A stretch of 10,143 nt of DNA from Candidatus Hermodarchaeum yapensis. GTDB lineage: Archaea > Asgardarchaeota > Hermodarchaeia > Hermodarchaeales > Hermodarchaeaceae. The translations under genes were made by a program, and so were the position numbers. The notes below the pieces were generated by a model. That model worked only from the letters and a program-made list of their open reading frames with translations. It searched no databases and was not told the origin of the DNA. Numbering within the stretch: the stretch's first letter is position 1; each line of letters opens with the position of its first letter. Positions 1-6,809 of this stretch are shown piece by piece. The stretch covers positions 1 to 10,143 of the forward strand of contig JAEOSK010000058.1 in assembly GCA_016840405.1 (NCBI GenBank), given 5' to 3'.

Positions 1-1600
1 TATGAGTTTCAATGCGATTGCCATTGATTCTCTATACCAATTTGGAGGACCGGTGCCGAAGGTTGTCCATGGCTTTACACTAATTCCATTGCCAAGCAAG
101 GAATTTACCACTTAACGGTCTTATCCGCTCCTGTTCAGGACCCTTTCCCTAGCCCCTGTCATCCTGCCACTGATTGGGTCAAGGATGATGTGTTCTCGTT
201 GCCAAGAACCTTAGAGCGCCACACTTTATTGTCAGTAACCAGATGAAGACCACGACGTGCAATTTCAGTGGCTGCACTAATGTCTCGTGGAACTTTTGCG
301 CCACATGCAGGACAGTGAAACACTTCGAAATATCCTTGAGGTATAAGACAAAGACATTGTCTAGGGCAGGCGGGGGAAGAATAAACTGCATTGACTCTGA
401 TTACAGGTAAATTATGTAGACTAGCTTTCATACAAATGGTTTCAAAGAGTCTTCCCCGTGCCCATTTACTAAGTTGATCTCTCATTGAGGAACTTGCCCA
501 TCGAGTTCGCTCTTTCGTTGGAACATAATTTCGAAGATCTTCTAGAACAATTATTGGATGTGGGAACTGACTTGCATAATTAATTACTGCTTTTGCTGTC
601 ACATGAATCCAATGTTGAATAACACGCTGTGTTTTCTCATCTATATCTTGTATACTTTCTGATTTTTGTTTGCGTGCAACGTTTTTTCGTTTTGCCCAAA
701 GTGATGCTAACCGATGTTTAAGTTGTTTTCCAGAGATAGATTTGGCTGGGTGGATCCTTTGATCGAACGTTAGCGCAACTACAGCAGCTAACGTATTTAG
801 TCCTAAATCCACACCTATCAGGGTTGGCTGTTCTAGGCTTGAAATATCTGGTATATTAACTGATACTCGGATTGGAGTTGCCATTTGTATAACTCCATCT
901 TTGACAAGAAGCCGAGATGATCCGATTTTCAGTGATGGTATACCAGAAATTGATTGACGAAGAAGCCTTTCAGGTTCTCCACCAATTACTACTTGGGTTT
1001 TCTTAGCAACCTTATCGATTGACACCTGAATATTATTCGTTTTTGAATCAATGTAAAACCGTGCGCCATCAATTGCTGTCTGGGGCCATTGGCCATGATT
1101 TTTTCCTGGCCATCCTTTAAGATAATTTGAGTGAGATATTATTCTTGGAAGACTCTGTAAGGGATCAAAATTCGCAATGCCTTGTTTCTTTGCCCATTTT
1201 GCCCATTTCTGTATTCCCTGATCTGTTAGAAATCTCTCCTTTCGTCTTATATTAAACCAAACAAATGCTTCTTGTGATGCTTGGTTAAGCATCTTCGCGG
1301 ATAATCGTGAAAACCATTTATTGTTACGAAGTTCGTGGTAAGTTTCTTTGATAGTTCGTTTGTGTTCTTCTAAGCTAATCAAGAAAGCATTAATTGCTCT
1401 TGTGTATATGCGACGCAATTTTCTGACTAAGTTTGTGGATATATTCGGTAGACGCAACCACACTGTTCGCGTAACGAAATCTGTTTTCATGAAATGTGCT
1501 TTAGTCCATTGATGTTGTCTATTGATTGTAGCCACAAAGCATCACTCAGGTAAAAAATGATATAGCCCGGTTATTTTTCAACAGAGACCTTGGTATAATT
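1..1600 (-). mobile_element. tnpB-only (IS1341/IS605-like) insertion element; ends not resolved and right end possibly cut by the window edge
   Basis: Inferred from the tnpB ORF plus structured, G+C-richer sequence downstream of its stop: a 7-bp stem 159-165/182-188 straddling the stop codon, and a 9-bp bulged hairpin at 83-104. I could not identify terminal hairpins or a target motif with confidence. Confidence 0.35.
159..1535 (-). CDS. tnpB: TnpB-like (IS200/IS605 OrfB) RuvC-fold, probable RNA-guided endonuclease
   Basis: 458-aa ORF with the split RuvC plus zinc-finger order typical of TnpB: RuvC-I LIGVDLGLNTLAAV (D), RuvC-II IIVLEDLRNY (E), Cys cluster CPRQC...CPAC, then RuvC-III PRDISAATEIARRG (D). 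ATG start at 1535. A TATA-like CTATATCA lies about 25 nt upstream on the minus strand. No Y1 transposase (tnpA) is visible. Confidence 0.85.
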   Translation of the reverse strand: MATINRQHQWTKAHFMKTDFVTRTVWLRLPNISTNLVRKLRRIYTRAINAFLISLEEHKRTIKETYHELRNNKWFSRLSAKMLNQASQEAFVWFNIRRKERFLTDQGIQKWAKWAKKQGIANFDPLQSLPRIISHSNYLKGWPGKNHGQWPQTAIDGARFYIDSKTNNIQVSIDKVAKKTQVVIGGEPERLLRQSISGIPSLKIGSSRLLVKDGVIQMATPIRVSVNIPDISSLEQPTLIGVDLGLNTLAAVVALTFDQRIHPAKSISGKQLKHRLASLWAKRKNVARKQKSESIQDIDEKTQRVIQHWIHVTAKAVINYASQFPHPIIVLEDLRNYVPTKERTRWASSSMRDQLSKWARGRLFETICMKASLHNLPVIRVNAVYSSPACPRQCLCLIPQGYFEVFHCPACGAKVPRDISAATEIARRGLHLVTDNKVWRSKVLGNENTSSLTQSVAG

Positions 1601-1633
1601 GAAAACGCATTGCAGCAAGAAGTTACTAGATAA

Positions 1634-1641
1634 GATTTATC
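1634..1641 (+). promoter_or_regulatory. candidate archaeal TATA box for tRNA-Pro
   Basis: GATTTATC is centred about 33 nt upstream of tRNA position 1 (1671). This fits a transcription start a few nt upstream of the mature 5' end. Confidence 0.35.
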
Positions 1642-1687
1642 AAGCACCCGCCATTTCCTATACGCGCATCGGGCCGGTAGTCTAGTT

Positions 1688-1716
1688 ATCCGGTTACAAC
1701 ATGTGCTGGACTAGAG
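1688..1716 (+). other. tRNA intron 1 (29 nt) in the D loop, canonical 3-4-3 BHB
   Basis: Central helix CTAG (1682-1685) pairs with CTAG (1711-1714). Bulges are TTA (1686-1688) and AGC (1715-1717). Inner helix is 1689-1694/1705-1710. Cutting after the 2nd nt of each bulge gives exon ends 1687|1717. Confidence 0.75.
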
Positions 1717-1730
1717 CGGTATGATGCGAG

Positions 1731-1760
1731 AAGGAAAACCGGTTCTGTTTTTCTCGCAAG
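1731..1760 (+). other. tRNA intron 2 (30 nt) in the anticodon stem (position 30/31), canonical 3-4-3 BHB
   Basis: Central helix TGCG (1725-1728) pairs with CGCA (1755-1758). Bulges are AGA (1729-1731) and AGG (1759-1761). Inner helix is 8 bp, 1732-1739/1747-1754. Cutting after the 2nd bulge nt gives 1730|1761 and a perfect 5-bp anticodon stem. Confidence 0.8.
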
Positions 1761-1834
1761 GTTTGGGACCTCGTGGTCCCGAGTTCAAATCTCGGCCGGC
1801 CCACCACTTTTGCTTACCCAAGTGTTCACAACAC

Positions 1835-1842
1835 TTTTATAG
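1835..1842 (+). promoter_or_regulatory. TATA box of the 5S rRNA gene
   Basis: CTTTTATAG is centred about 23 nt upstream of the 5S 5' end. The same TTTTATA motif occurs at the tyrS promoter. Confidence 0.55.
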
Positions 1843-1860
1843 CGGGGGCGGTTGGTGCTG

Positions 1861-1982
1861 GGTGGCGCGGTCATAGAAGCTGGGTCACACCCGGTCTCGT
1901 CAGATCCCGGAAGTTAAGCCGGTTTCGTCGCCGTGAGTACTGATATCCGAGAGGCGTCGGGAAAATGGTGAACTGCGCCACT
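1861..1982 (+). rRNA. rrf: 5S ribosomal RNA
   Basis: GGTCATAG...ACACCCGGTCTCGT...CCCGGAAGTTAAGCC...GAGTACTG matches conserved 5S loop A/B/C and helix elements. Helix I forms between GGTGGCGC (1861-1868) and GCGCCAC(T) (1975-1982). Length is about 122 nt. A T4 run follows at 1985-1988. No 16S or 23S gene is in the window. Confidence 0.9.
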
Positions 1983-2085
1983 TCTTTTCCTATTATCTTG
2001 TGTTTGGATTCGTGTAACTCTAAGCAAAGGTTTTTATGGCACGTTGAAACCGTTCCGGCAGCAGGCGTAATTCCCGTGACCTAAG

Positions 2086-3189
2086 ATGATGATGCAGTTA
2101 ACGGATTTTAATTGGATTTTCCAAATCGCGTTCCTGGTCATATTCATGTTCATTTATCTGTATGGCCAACGGTTACAAACTTACATTTGGACTCGCCAAG
2201 CAGAGGCAGGAGTTCGTCAAATTGAAGTTCTATCCACGCAGGGAAAGCAGATTGCGATGCGAGCTTTCAAAGAGCTTAAGGTGAAAGAACAGGATATCAA
2301 ATCAACTCTTGAAGATTTCTTGGAATTCTTTATCATTGAACCGGTGAGTATTGATCCTGCTGGTGTCTTAGGTCGGTTGGAACACCTTTTGGACGTGCGG
2401 ACTGACCGGTACGAAAAATACATCCAAAGAATTGCTCCTGATGCATCACCGGAAAAACAAGCTAATGCGGAAAATGTGTTAGCAGGCACTATGGCATTAT
2501 ACTATGTTTTCCGAGTAGTTCGACACTTCCTGATTATGGGAAAGAAAACCAAAAGCATCTATTGGGTCATGCAGCTCCAAATGCAACTACCAATGATTAT
2601 TCAAATGGCCAAAGCCTATTTTGAAGCGGTCCGAGCTTTCGCCGATGGCAAACCGATTGGTGATGGAATGGGACCCTTAGCCGTTGCCCATTTTGCTCGA
2701 GAAATCAAAGCCGGTGAACCTGAAGTAATCGCCAAGCACACGACCGCTGCTTCTGGAGAATTTGAGGGAAGGAATCTGTGGTTTGTTCGAGCTAAGGGTT
2801 ATGGCGGACACGTCGGAAAACCAGGTGAAGGCATCAAAATCTTAGTTGACCGACATAAAAAGAAGATCTCACGAATCATTACTGTCGATGCCGGCTTGAA
2901 ACTGGAAGGCGAAGAAAGTGGACATGTCATTGAAGGCGTGGGTGCTGCCATTGGAGATCCTGGACCCGAGAAATTCAAGATGGAAGACTCGGTTGTTAAG
3001 TATGAAATTCCCATTGATGCCATAATTATCAAAGAGTCCATAGAGGATGCACTTGGTCCGATGAAGAAATCCCTCGTGGATGCAGTTCCTAAAGTCGTTG
3101 AAAAAATGAAAAACGCAATCCTACGGCGCACAATCAAAGGCGATACTATCATCATCGCCGGAATCGGAAACACAAGCGGTATTGGCTAA
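2086..3189 (+). CDS. conserved archaeal protein with one N-terminal TM helix (DUF1512-like), function unknown
   Basis: 367-aa ORF with protein-like composition and an N-terminal hydrophobic helix (FNWIFQIAFLVIFMFIYLYG). The length and architecture match my recollection of the archaea-specific DUF1512 family. I cannot verify the family name without an HMM search. Confidence 0.6.
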   Translation: MMMQLTDFNWIFQIAFLVIFMFIYLYGQRLQTYIWTRQAEAGVRQIEVLSTQGKQIAMRAFKELKVKEQDIKSTLEDFLEFFIIEPVSIDPAGVLGRLEHLLDVRTDRYEKYIQRIAPDASPEKQANAENVLAGTMALYYVFRVVRHFLIMGKKTKSIYWVMQLQMQLPMIIQMAKAYFEAVRAFADGKPIGDGMGPLAVAHFAREIKAGEPEVIAKHTTAASGEFEGRNLWFVRAKGYGGHVGKPGEGIKILVDRHKKKISRIITVDAGLKLEGEESGHVIEGVGAAIGDPGPEKFKMEDSVVKYEIPIDAIIIKESIEDALGPMKKSLVDAVPKVVEKMKNAILRRTIKGDTIIIAGIGNTSGIG

Positions 3190-3268
3190 ATTCACTGAAT
3201 AACTCTAATTTTGACTCGTGGTAAAGCTTTTTCAGCAGAACATTAGAGCAAGGAATGAGGACTGCGTC

Positions 3269-3763
3269 TTGTCTGAAGAACCATATGATTGGGTCGCTAT
3301 TGGGGGAACGTTCGACCGCCTTCATAAAGGGCACAAGACGCTCCTACGCCGAGCTTTTGAATTGGGTAAGAAGGTTCTCATCGGGTTAACGACACAAGAT
3401 ATGGTGAAACATAAACCCGACTGGGAAATCATCGCAAGTTATGACAACCGGATAAGTGAGTTAGAAAAATGGCTGGAAGATGAGTGCTATAGTGACCGGT
3501 ATATCATCCGACCACTCCACAATAAATTCGGACCCGCCATTACGATGCCTGAACTCCAACTCATTGTCGTTAGTGAAGAAACCTGCCCAGTTGCCAAGGA
3601 AATCAACGAAATCCGACGAGAACATAAACTCCCCCTCTTGCATATTGCTGTTCTTACCATGGTGATGGCGGAGGACCAAATCTCAATTTCGTCCACGCGA
3701 ATTCGTGCAGGACAAATTGATCGTGATGGCCGTCTCATTTACCATGAGGTCACAGCTCATTAG
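3269..3763 (+). CDS. coaD: phosphopantetheine adenylyltransferase, archaeal type (cytidylyltransferase-fold nucleotidyltransferase)
   Basis: Contains the GGTFDRLHKGH (HxGH) motif and the C-terminal ISSTRIRAGQIDRDG motif, with the overall layout of archaeal PPAT. The start is uncertain. I prefer TTG 3269 because GAGGA (3257-3261) lies 7 nt upstream and the resulting N-terminus has a typical length. The longest ORF starts at GTG 3218. A related adenylyltransferase (RibL/NMNAT-like) is not excluded. Confidence 0.7.
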   Translation: MSEEPYDWVAIGGTFDRLHKGHKTLLRRAFELGKKVLIGLTTQDMVKHKPDWEIIASYDNRISELEKWLEDECYSDRYIIRPLHNKFGPAITMPELQLIVVSEETCPVAKEINEIRREHKLPLLHIAVLTMVMAEDQISISSTRIRAGQIDRDGRLIYHEVTAH

Positions 3764-3865
3764 TGAAAGCGTTTATGAGGCACCGTTTCCGTTTTGGTGC
3801 TAGCAATGAAAGGATAATGGCTGTAATCGAGGACGAATCTGAAGATATTTTTCTGATGAGGATTC

Positions 3866-4120
3866 GTGCAAAATCGCAGGCACACTGGAGCAGCGTTGAA
3901 GGTTATGCGGCATGTGACAGGCTCCTGCTTGATCTATGACGTGTCGTCAAGAGGTGATTGTGGGGGCAACCCACGATGTCCACACTTCGACGTCGGGTCG
4001 TCTTGTGTTCAATACGCTCGGCATATTAAGAGAGGACCTGTCGGAGGTATTACGGCGTTCCGCCCACCAATGATGATGGGGCGTTAGTGTATCGATCTAC
4101 AGAACATCGACGACCCTCCA
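3866..4120. ncRNA. candidate structured non-coding RNA of unknown class in the coaD-taw2 gap
   Basis: No credible CDS lies in the 380-bp gap. G+C is about 54% by hand count over 3861-4080, against AT-richer flanks. Structures seen: an irregular hairpin at 3945-3992 capped by GTGGG-GGCAA-CCCAC; a hairpin CGCCC(A)-CCAATGATGA-TGGGGCG at 4061-4083; a hairpin at 4092-4110; and an 8-bp long-range pairing GGGTCGTC (3995-4002) / GACGACCC (4109-4116). Strand and ends are undetermined. Confidence 0.3.
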
Positions 4121-4145
4121 CTTCTGGATAATTACTTAGAGTCGG

Positions 4146-5009
4146 GTGAAGAAGATAGCTAATCACCGTCATATCACGTTCTCCCAGTTTCTTCAAAAAC
4201 GACTGGGAGCGAAAATTTCTCCAGATCTTCTACCTCGCCGCCTACGCATATTAGGTCACGTTGCTATTCTCTGGTTGAACCCGAAAATTGTCGAACATAA
4301 GAACTTGATTGGAAACACAGTTTTGGAGTATGATTCAAAGATTCAATCCGTTTTAAAAAGAACCGCAGGGATTTCGGGCCCCTATCGACAACCTGCGGTT
4401 GAACTGATTGCGGGTTCACCTGATACCGAGACGGTTTTCAAAGAAAATAATGTTATTTTCCATCTTGACCCGATGAAAGTCATGTTTTCCGTGGGGAATA
4501 AAACGGAACGTCTCCGGATGAGCCAACTTGGATCTGATGAATTGGTTATTGATATGTTCGCAGGAATTGGACAATTTTCAATACCGATGGCAGTACATAC
4601 TTCCCCCAGATTAATTCACGCAATCGAATGGAACCCCGACGCCTTTCAATATTTATCACAAAATATCAAGGCAAACAGAGTTCATGATATCGTCCATCCA
4701 CACCTAGGTGATACAGGCATAGTAACACCAAAACTTGGACAGGGAACAGCAGACCGGGTTCTCATGGGATTAATCCAAGGAACGACGAAATATCTGGAAC
4801 AAGGCATTTTGAGCTTGAAACCTGGCGGTGTAATGCATATTCATGAAATAGGTTTGAAAAATGACTTAGAAACCAAACTCCTAAAAATTTTAGAGAAGAC
4901 CGCGTTTTCTTTGAATCGCCAAGTAAAGCTCCTAAATATGCATGTAATAAAGACCTATAACCCGAGTTTTGACCATTTTGTGCTTGATGTTCAGGTTACC
5001 GAAAAGTGA
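4146..5009 (+). CDS. taw2: Trm5/TYW2 (Met-10+) family SAM-dependent tRNA-modifying enzyme, most like Taw2/TYW2 (wyosine-pathway aminocarboxypropyltransferase)
   Basis: SAM motif VIDMFAGIGQFSIPMA. KVMFSVGNKTERLRM resembles the TYW2-type MFSxGNxxE+xR block rather than the Trm5-type block. The protein is short (287 aa) and has MGL where Trm5 has the NLP loop. GTG start at 4146. Subfamily assignment is from memory of family signatures. Confidence 0.65.
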   Translation: MKKIANHRHITFSQFLQKRLGAKISPDLLPRRLRILGHVAILWLNPKIVEHKNLIGNTVLEYDSKIQSVLKRTAGISGPYRQPAVELIAGSPDTETVFKENNVIFHLDPMKVMFSVGNKTERLRMSQLGSDELVIDMFAGIGQFSIPMAVHTSPRLIHAIEWNPDAFQYLSQNIKANRVHDIVHPHLGDTGIVTPKLGQGTADRVLMGLIQGTTKYLEQGILSLKPGGVMHIHEIGLKNDLETKLLKILEKTAFSLNRQVKLLNMHVIKTYNPSFDHFVLDVQVTEK

Positions 5010-5019
5010 TTTCACTTGG

Positions 5020-6129
5020 TTACCGTGTTACCTGATATTCAGTGATTTCTTCGTATAATTTCGTTGCTTCCTTATTTTCTTCAAAATACTTCCGGACTGG
5101 TTCAAGAAAATCTGAGAAGGCGATTGTTGCGGCGTGTTTAAGGTCAAGTGGATGAATAGCTCCTGCGGCATATAATTCTTCGAGTTCATCTGCACTTGTC
5201 AGACTTAACGGACCACCGTATTTTTCAGTCCGCTCAATATGCAGGGTGAAGCCGTCTTGGGTGAACAAAATGTTGCGAATATAGCTCAATATGGGATTAT
5301 TCTCCACGACCTGGGCGGGGCAGTATGCGTTCTTAATTTTCTTTTTGATTTCACGCGGTGAATCATGAATGAAGATCGCATCGCCTGGTTTTGACTTCGA
5401 CATTTTCGTTTCTATGGCTAATTCTTGAGCAGAGAACTCAGTGGCAACATCCATACGAGAGGTACCAGTTAACCCAGGGAGAAGGGGTGTGTGAATACCA
5501 ACTGGTTTCCATCCGAGCTTCATTTTATCAGCAACTTCACGTGCTAAGACATGAGCACGTCGTTGATCCATTCCTGAAAGACAAATTTCGTATTTTTGAT
5601 CGAGAATATCAGTTACCTGCAAAAGGGGGTAGATAAGTTTCGAAAAGTCGATGGCGGCTTCTTCTTCAGTACGTCCCATGATATCGGTTGATCGCCGAAC
5701 TCTAGCTAGAGTGAGATTTTTTGCTACCCGAAGAATTTTCTCCCAATAGTCGAGGCGTCGCATCAAATCTTCTGCAGTGATAATGTGAACTTTATGGATT
5801 TCTACATTCAGGGCAGTAAAACAGTGACGGAGATACTCTGCACACCGCCGGATTTTTTCGATATTTCCGCCAAATTTGTCATTAATTTGGGCATGCCAGG
5901 TAGCCAAGAGAATTTCCATTCGGACTCCTAATTCTACTAGTTGATTGAGTTTCTGTACCCAGCCAATCCACCCTATGTGAAATAATCCACTTGGTTCAAC
6001 ACCTATGTAGCCCCGAGGTTTCTCTTGGCGAGAAAAAATTTCTGTTAAATCCTCGATAGTAAGCACTTCTTGGGTATGCTGTGAAATTTTCTCAACGCTA
6101 GGTGGAATGTTATCCAACGGTAACACCAC
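5020..6129 (-). CDS. tyrS: tyrosine--tRNA ligase (archaeal/eukaryal-type TyrRS)
   Basis: Collinear with M. jannaschii TyrRS as I recall it: YIGVEPSGLFHIGW (HIGH region), RVRRSTDIMGR, IYPLLQVTDI, GMDQRRAHVLAREV, KMSKSK, IKNAYCPAQVVENNPIL, HPLDLKHA. I place the start at GTG 6129 (or GTG 6126 / TTG 6117), about 25-30 nt downstream of a minus-strand TTTTATATA box. The 453-aa ORF reaching 6381 adds a non-homologous extension that overlaps the divergent gene. Confidence 0.9.
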   Translation of the reverse strand: MVLPLDNIPPSVEKISQHTQEVLTIEDLTEIFSRQEKPRGYIGVEPSGLFHIGWIGWVQKLNQLVELGVRMEILLATWHAQINDKFGGNIEKIRRCAEYLRHCFTALNVEIHKVHIITAEDLMRRLDYWEKILRVAKNLTLARVRRSTDIMGRTEEEAAIDFSKLIYPLLQVTDILDQKYEICLSGMDQRRAHVLAREVADKMKLGWKPVGIHTPLLPGLTGTSRMDVATEFSAQELAIETKMSKSKPGDAIFIHDSPREIKKKIKNAYCPAQVVENNPILSYIRNILFTQDGFTLHIERTEKYGGPLSLTSADELEELYAAGAIHPLDLKHAATIAFSDFLEPVRKYFEENKEATKLYEEITEYQVTR

Positions 6130-6153
6130 TAAGTGCCTCGGGCTTGTTCTGCG

Positions 6154-6164
6154 ATATATAAAAG
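6154..6164. promoter_or_regulatory. TATA box in the divergent tyrS / Toprim-gene intergenic region
   Basis: ATATATAAAAG reads CTTTTATATAT on the minus strand, the same motif as the 5S promoter, about 25-30 nt upstream of the proposed tyrS GTG. Its near-palindromic A/T core could also serve the plus-strand gene. A second A/T box, TAAAATTAAG (6193-6202), lies upstream of ATG 6248. Confidence 0.45.
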
Positions 6165-6247
6165 TACACCGATTAAAGTCCCCCAGATTCGGTAAAATTA
6201 AGAAATACAACTGACTTCTACCCAAAGAGCGATTCAGGCGAACTGCC

Positions 6248-6667
6248 ATGTGTCCACACCAAAAAAACCCCCAATCTAAACAAGAAAGATTAGAGGAGCG
6301 GTTTGAAAAGGGTATTCGTCTATTACTTGAACTCTCCGAAGAAGGTGTTCCAATAGTAGTGGAGGGTATCAAGGATATCACGGCATTACGTGGATTGGGT
6401 TTAACGGGACCAATCCATGCATTAACAGGTCATAATATTGTCAGTTTGGCGGATGAATTAGCAGAGGCCCAACGTTTGCTGATATTATTCGATTTTGATA
6501 GAAGAGGAGGCCAATTAACACGTCACTTGATTAACCAATTAGAAGGACGAGGAGTCACAATGCTTCACAATGAACGGCACCAACTAAGGCGAGCATTTAG
6601 TTGGCGTGTTCGAGTTATTGAAGGCTTAAAAGAGACCGATAATTATTCGAAAGGCACAAAGTTTTAA
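6248..6667 (+). CDS. small stand-alone Toprim-domain protein (RNase M5 / small primase-like family)
   Basis: 139 aa. The Toprim glutamate block is PIVVEGIKDITALRGLG and the DxD block is LILFDFDRRGGQL, with the same order and spacing as in Toprim domains. There is no other domain. Confidence 0.7.
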   Translation: MCPHQKNPQSKQERLEERFEKGIRLLLELSEEGVPIVVEGIKDITALRGLGLTGPIHALTGHNIVSLADELAEAQRLLILFDFDRRGGQLTRHLINQLEGRGVTMLHNERHQLRRAFSWRVRVIEGLKETDNYSKGTKF

Positions 6668-6809
6668 TGTCGTTTCTTCGTGAGGCTAATTACATTACGC
6701 TTACCAAATTACATAATCATCATCATGATCCTATTGGAAAAAATATGGCGCACTCAACATCAAGCGCCACTGATAAATCATCAAAAATCACTCTTACTAG
6801 GTGGCGATT

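Larger units (their letters stand above)
1671..1806 (+). tRNA. tRNA-Pro (anticodon UGG) with two non-canonical BHB introns and a genomically encoded CCA
   Basis: Acceptor stem GGGCCGG (1671-1677) pairs with CCGGCCC (1796-1802). Discriminator A1803, CCA 1804-1806. T arm CCGAG-TTCAAAT-CTCGG (1779-1795). After removing 1688-1716 and 1731-1760 the anticodon stem is CGAG+G (1727-1730,1761) / CCTCG (1769-1773), the loop is TT-TGG-GA (anticodon 1764-1766) and the D loop is AGTTCGGTA. Mature length is 74 nt without CCA. A T4 run (1808-1811) follows. Confidence 0.9.

Noticed and set aside
3866-4087. 73-aa ORF (MQNRRHTGAALKVMRH...PPMMMGR) in the coaD-taw2 gap
   Set aside because: It has a GTG start with no SD or TATA context. 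Its Arg/Gly/Cys-rich composition is unlike every other protein here. It coincides with G+C-rich hairpin-forming sequence, so it is more likely a by-product of a structured RNA region.
3838-4092. Box C/D sRNA candidates at CUGA/UGAUGA (3839-3859) and AUGAUGA (4070-4076)
   Set aside because: No D', C' or D boxes occur at the required ~12-nt guide spacings downstream of either C-like box.
3866-4120. Assigning the G+C-rich gap to SRP RNA or RNase P RNA
   Set aside because: SRP helix 8 needs an AGG...GNAR...GGAGCA context (for example CCCGGAAGGGAGCA), and only the GGAGCAGC half is present. RNase P needs the GGAAAGUC (CR-I) partner for ACAGAA, and it is absent on both strands.
6130-6381. N-terminal 84-residue extension of the tyrS ORF (the 453-aa version, or the version starting at ATG 6249)
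   Set aside because: The extension has no counterpart in TyrRS homologues, where about 30-35 residues precede the HIGH region. It would run through the TATA-containing divergent promoter and overlap the Toprim gene. The minus-strand ATG (6249..6247) overlaps the plus-strand ATG 6248, which would leave no promoter space.
6725-6773. C-box-like AUGAUCC and CUGA 49 nt apart upstream of dnaG
   Set aside because: The C box is degenerate and there are no internal D'/C' boxes. The region is more simply the dnaG promoter and leader, with GATAAATC at 6772-6779.
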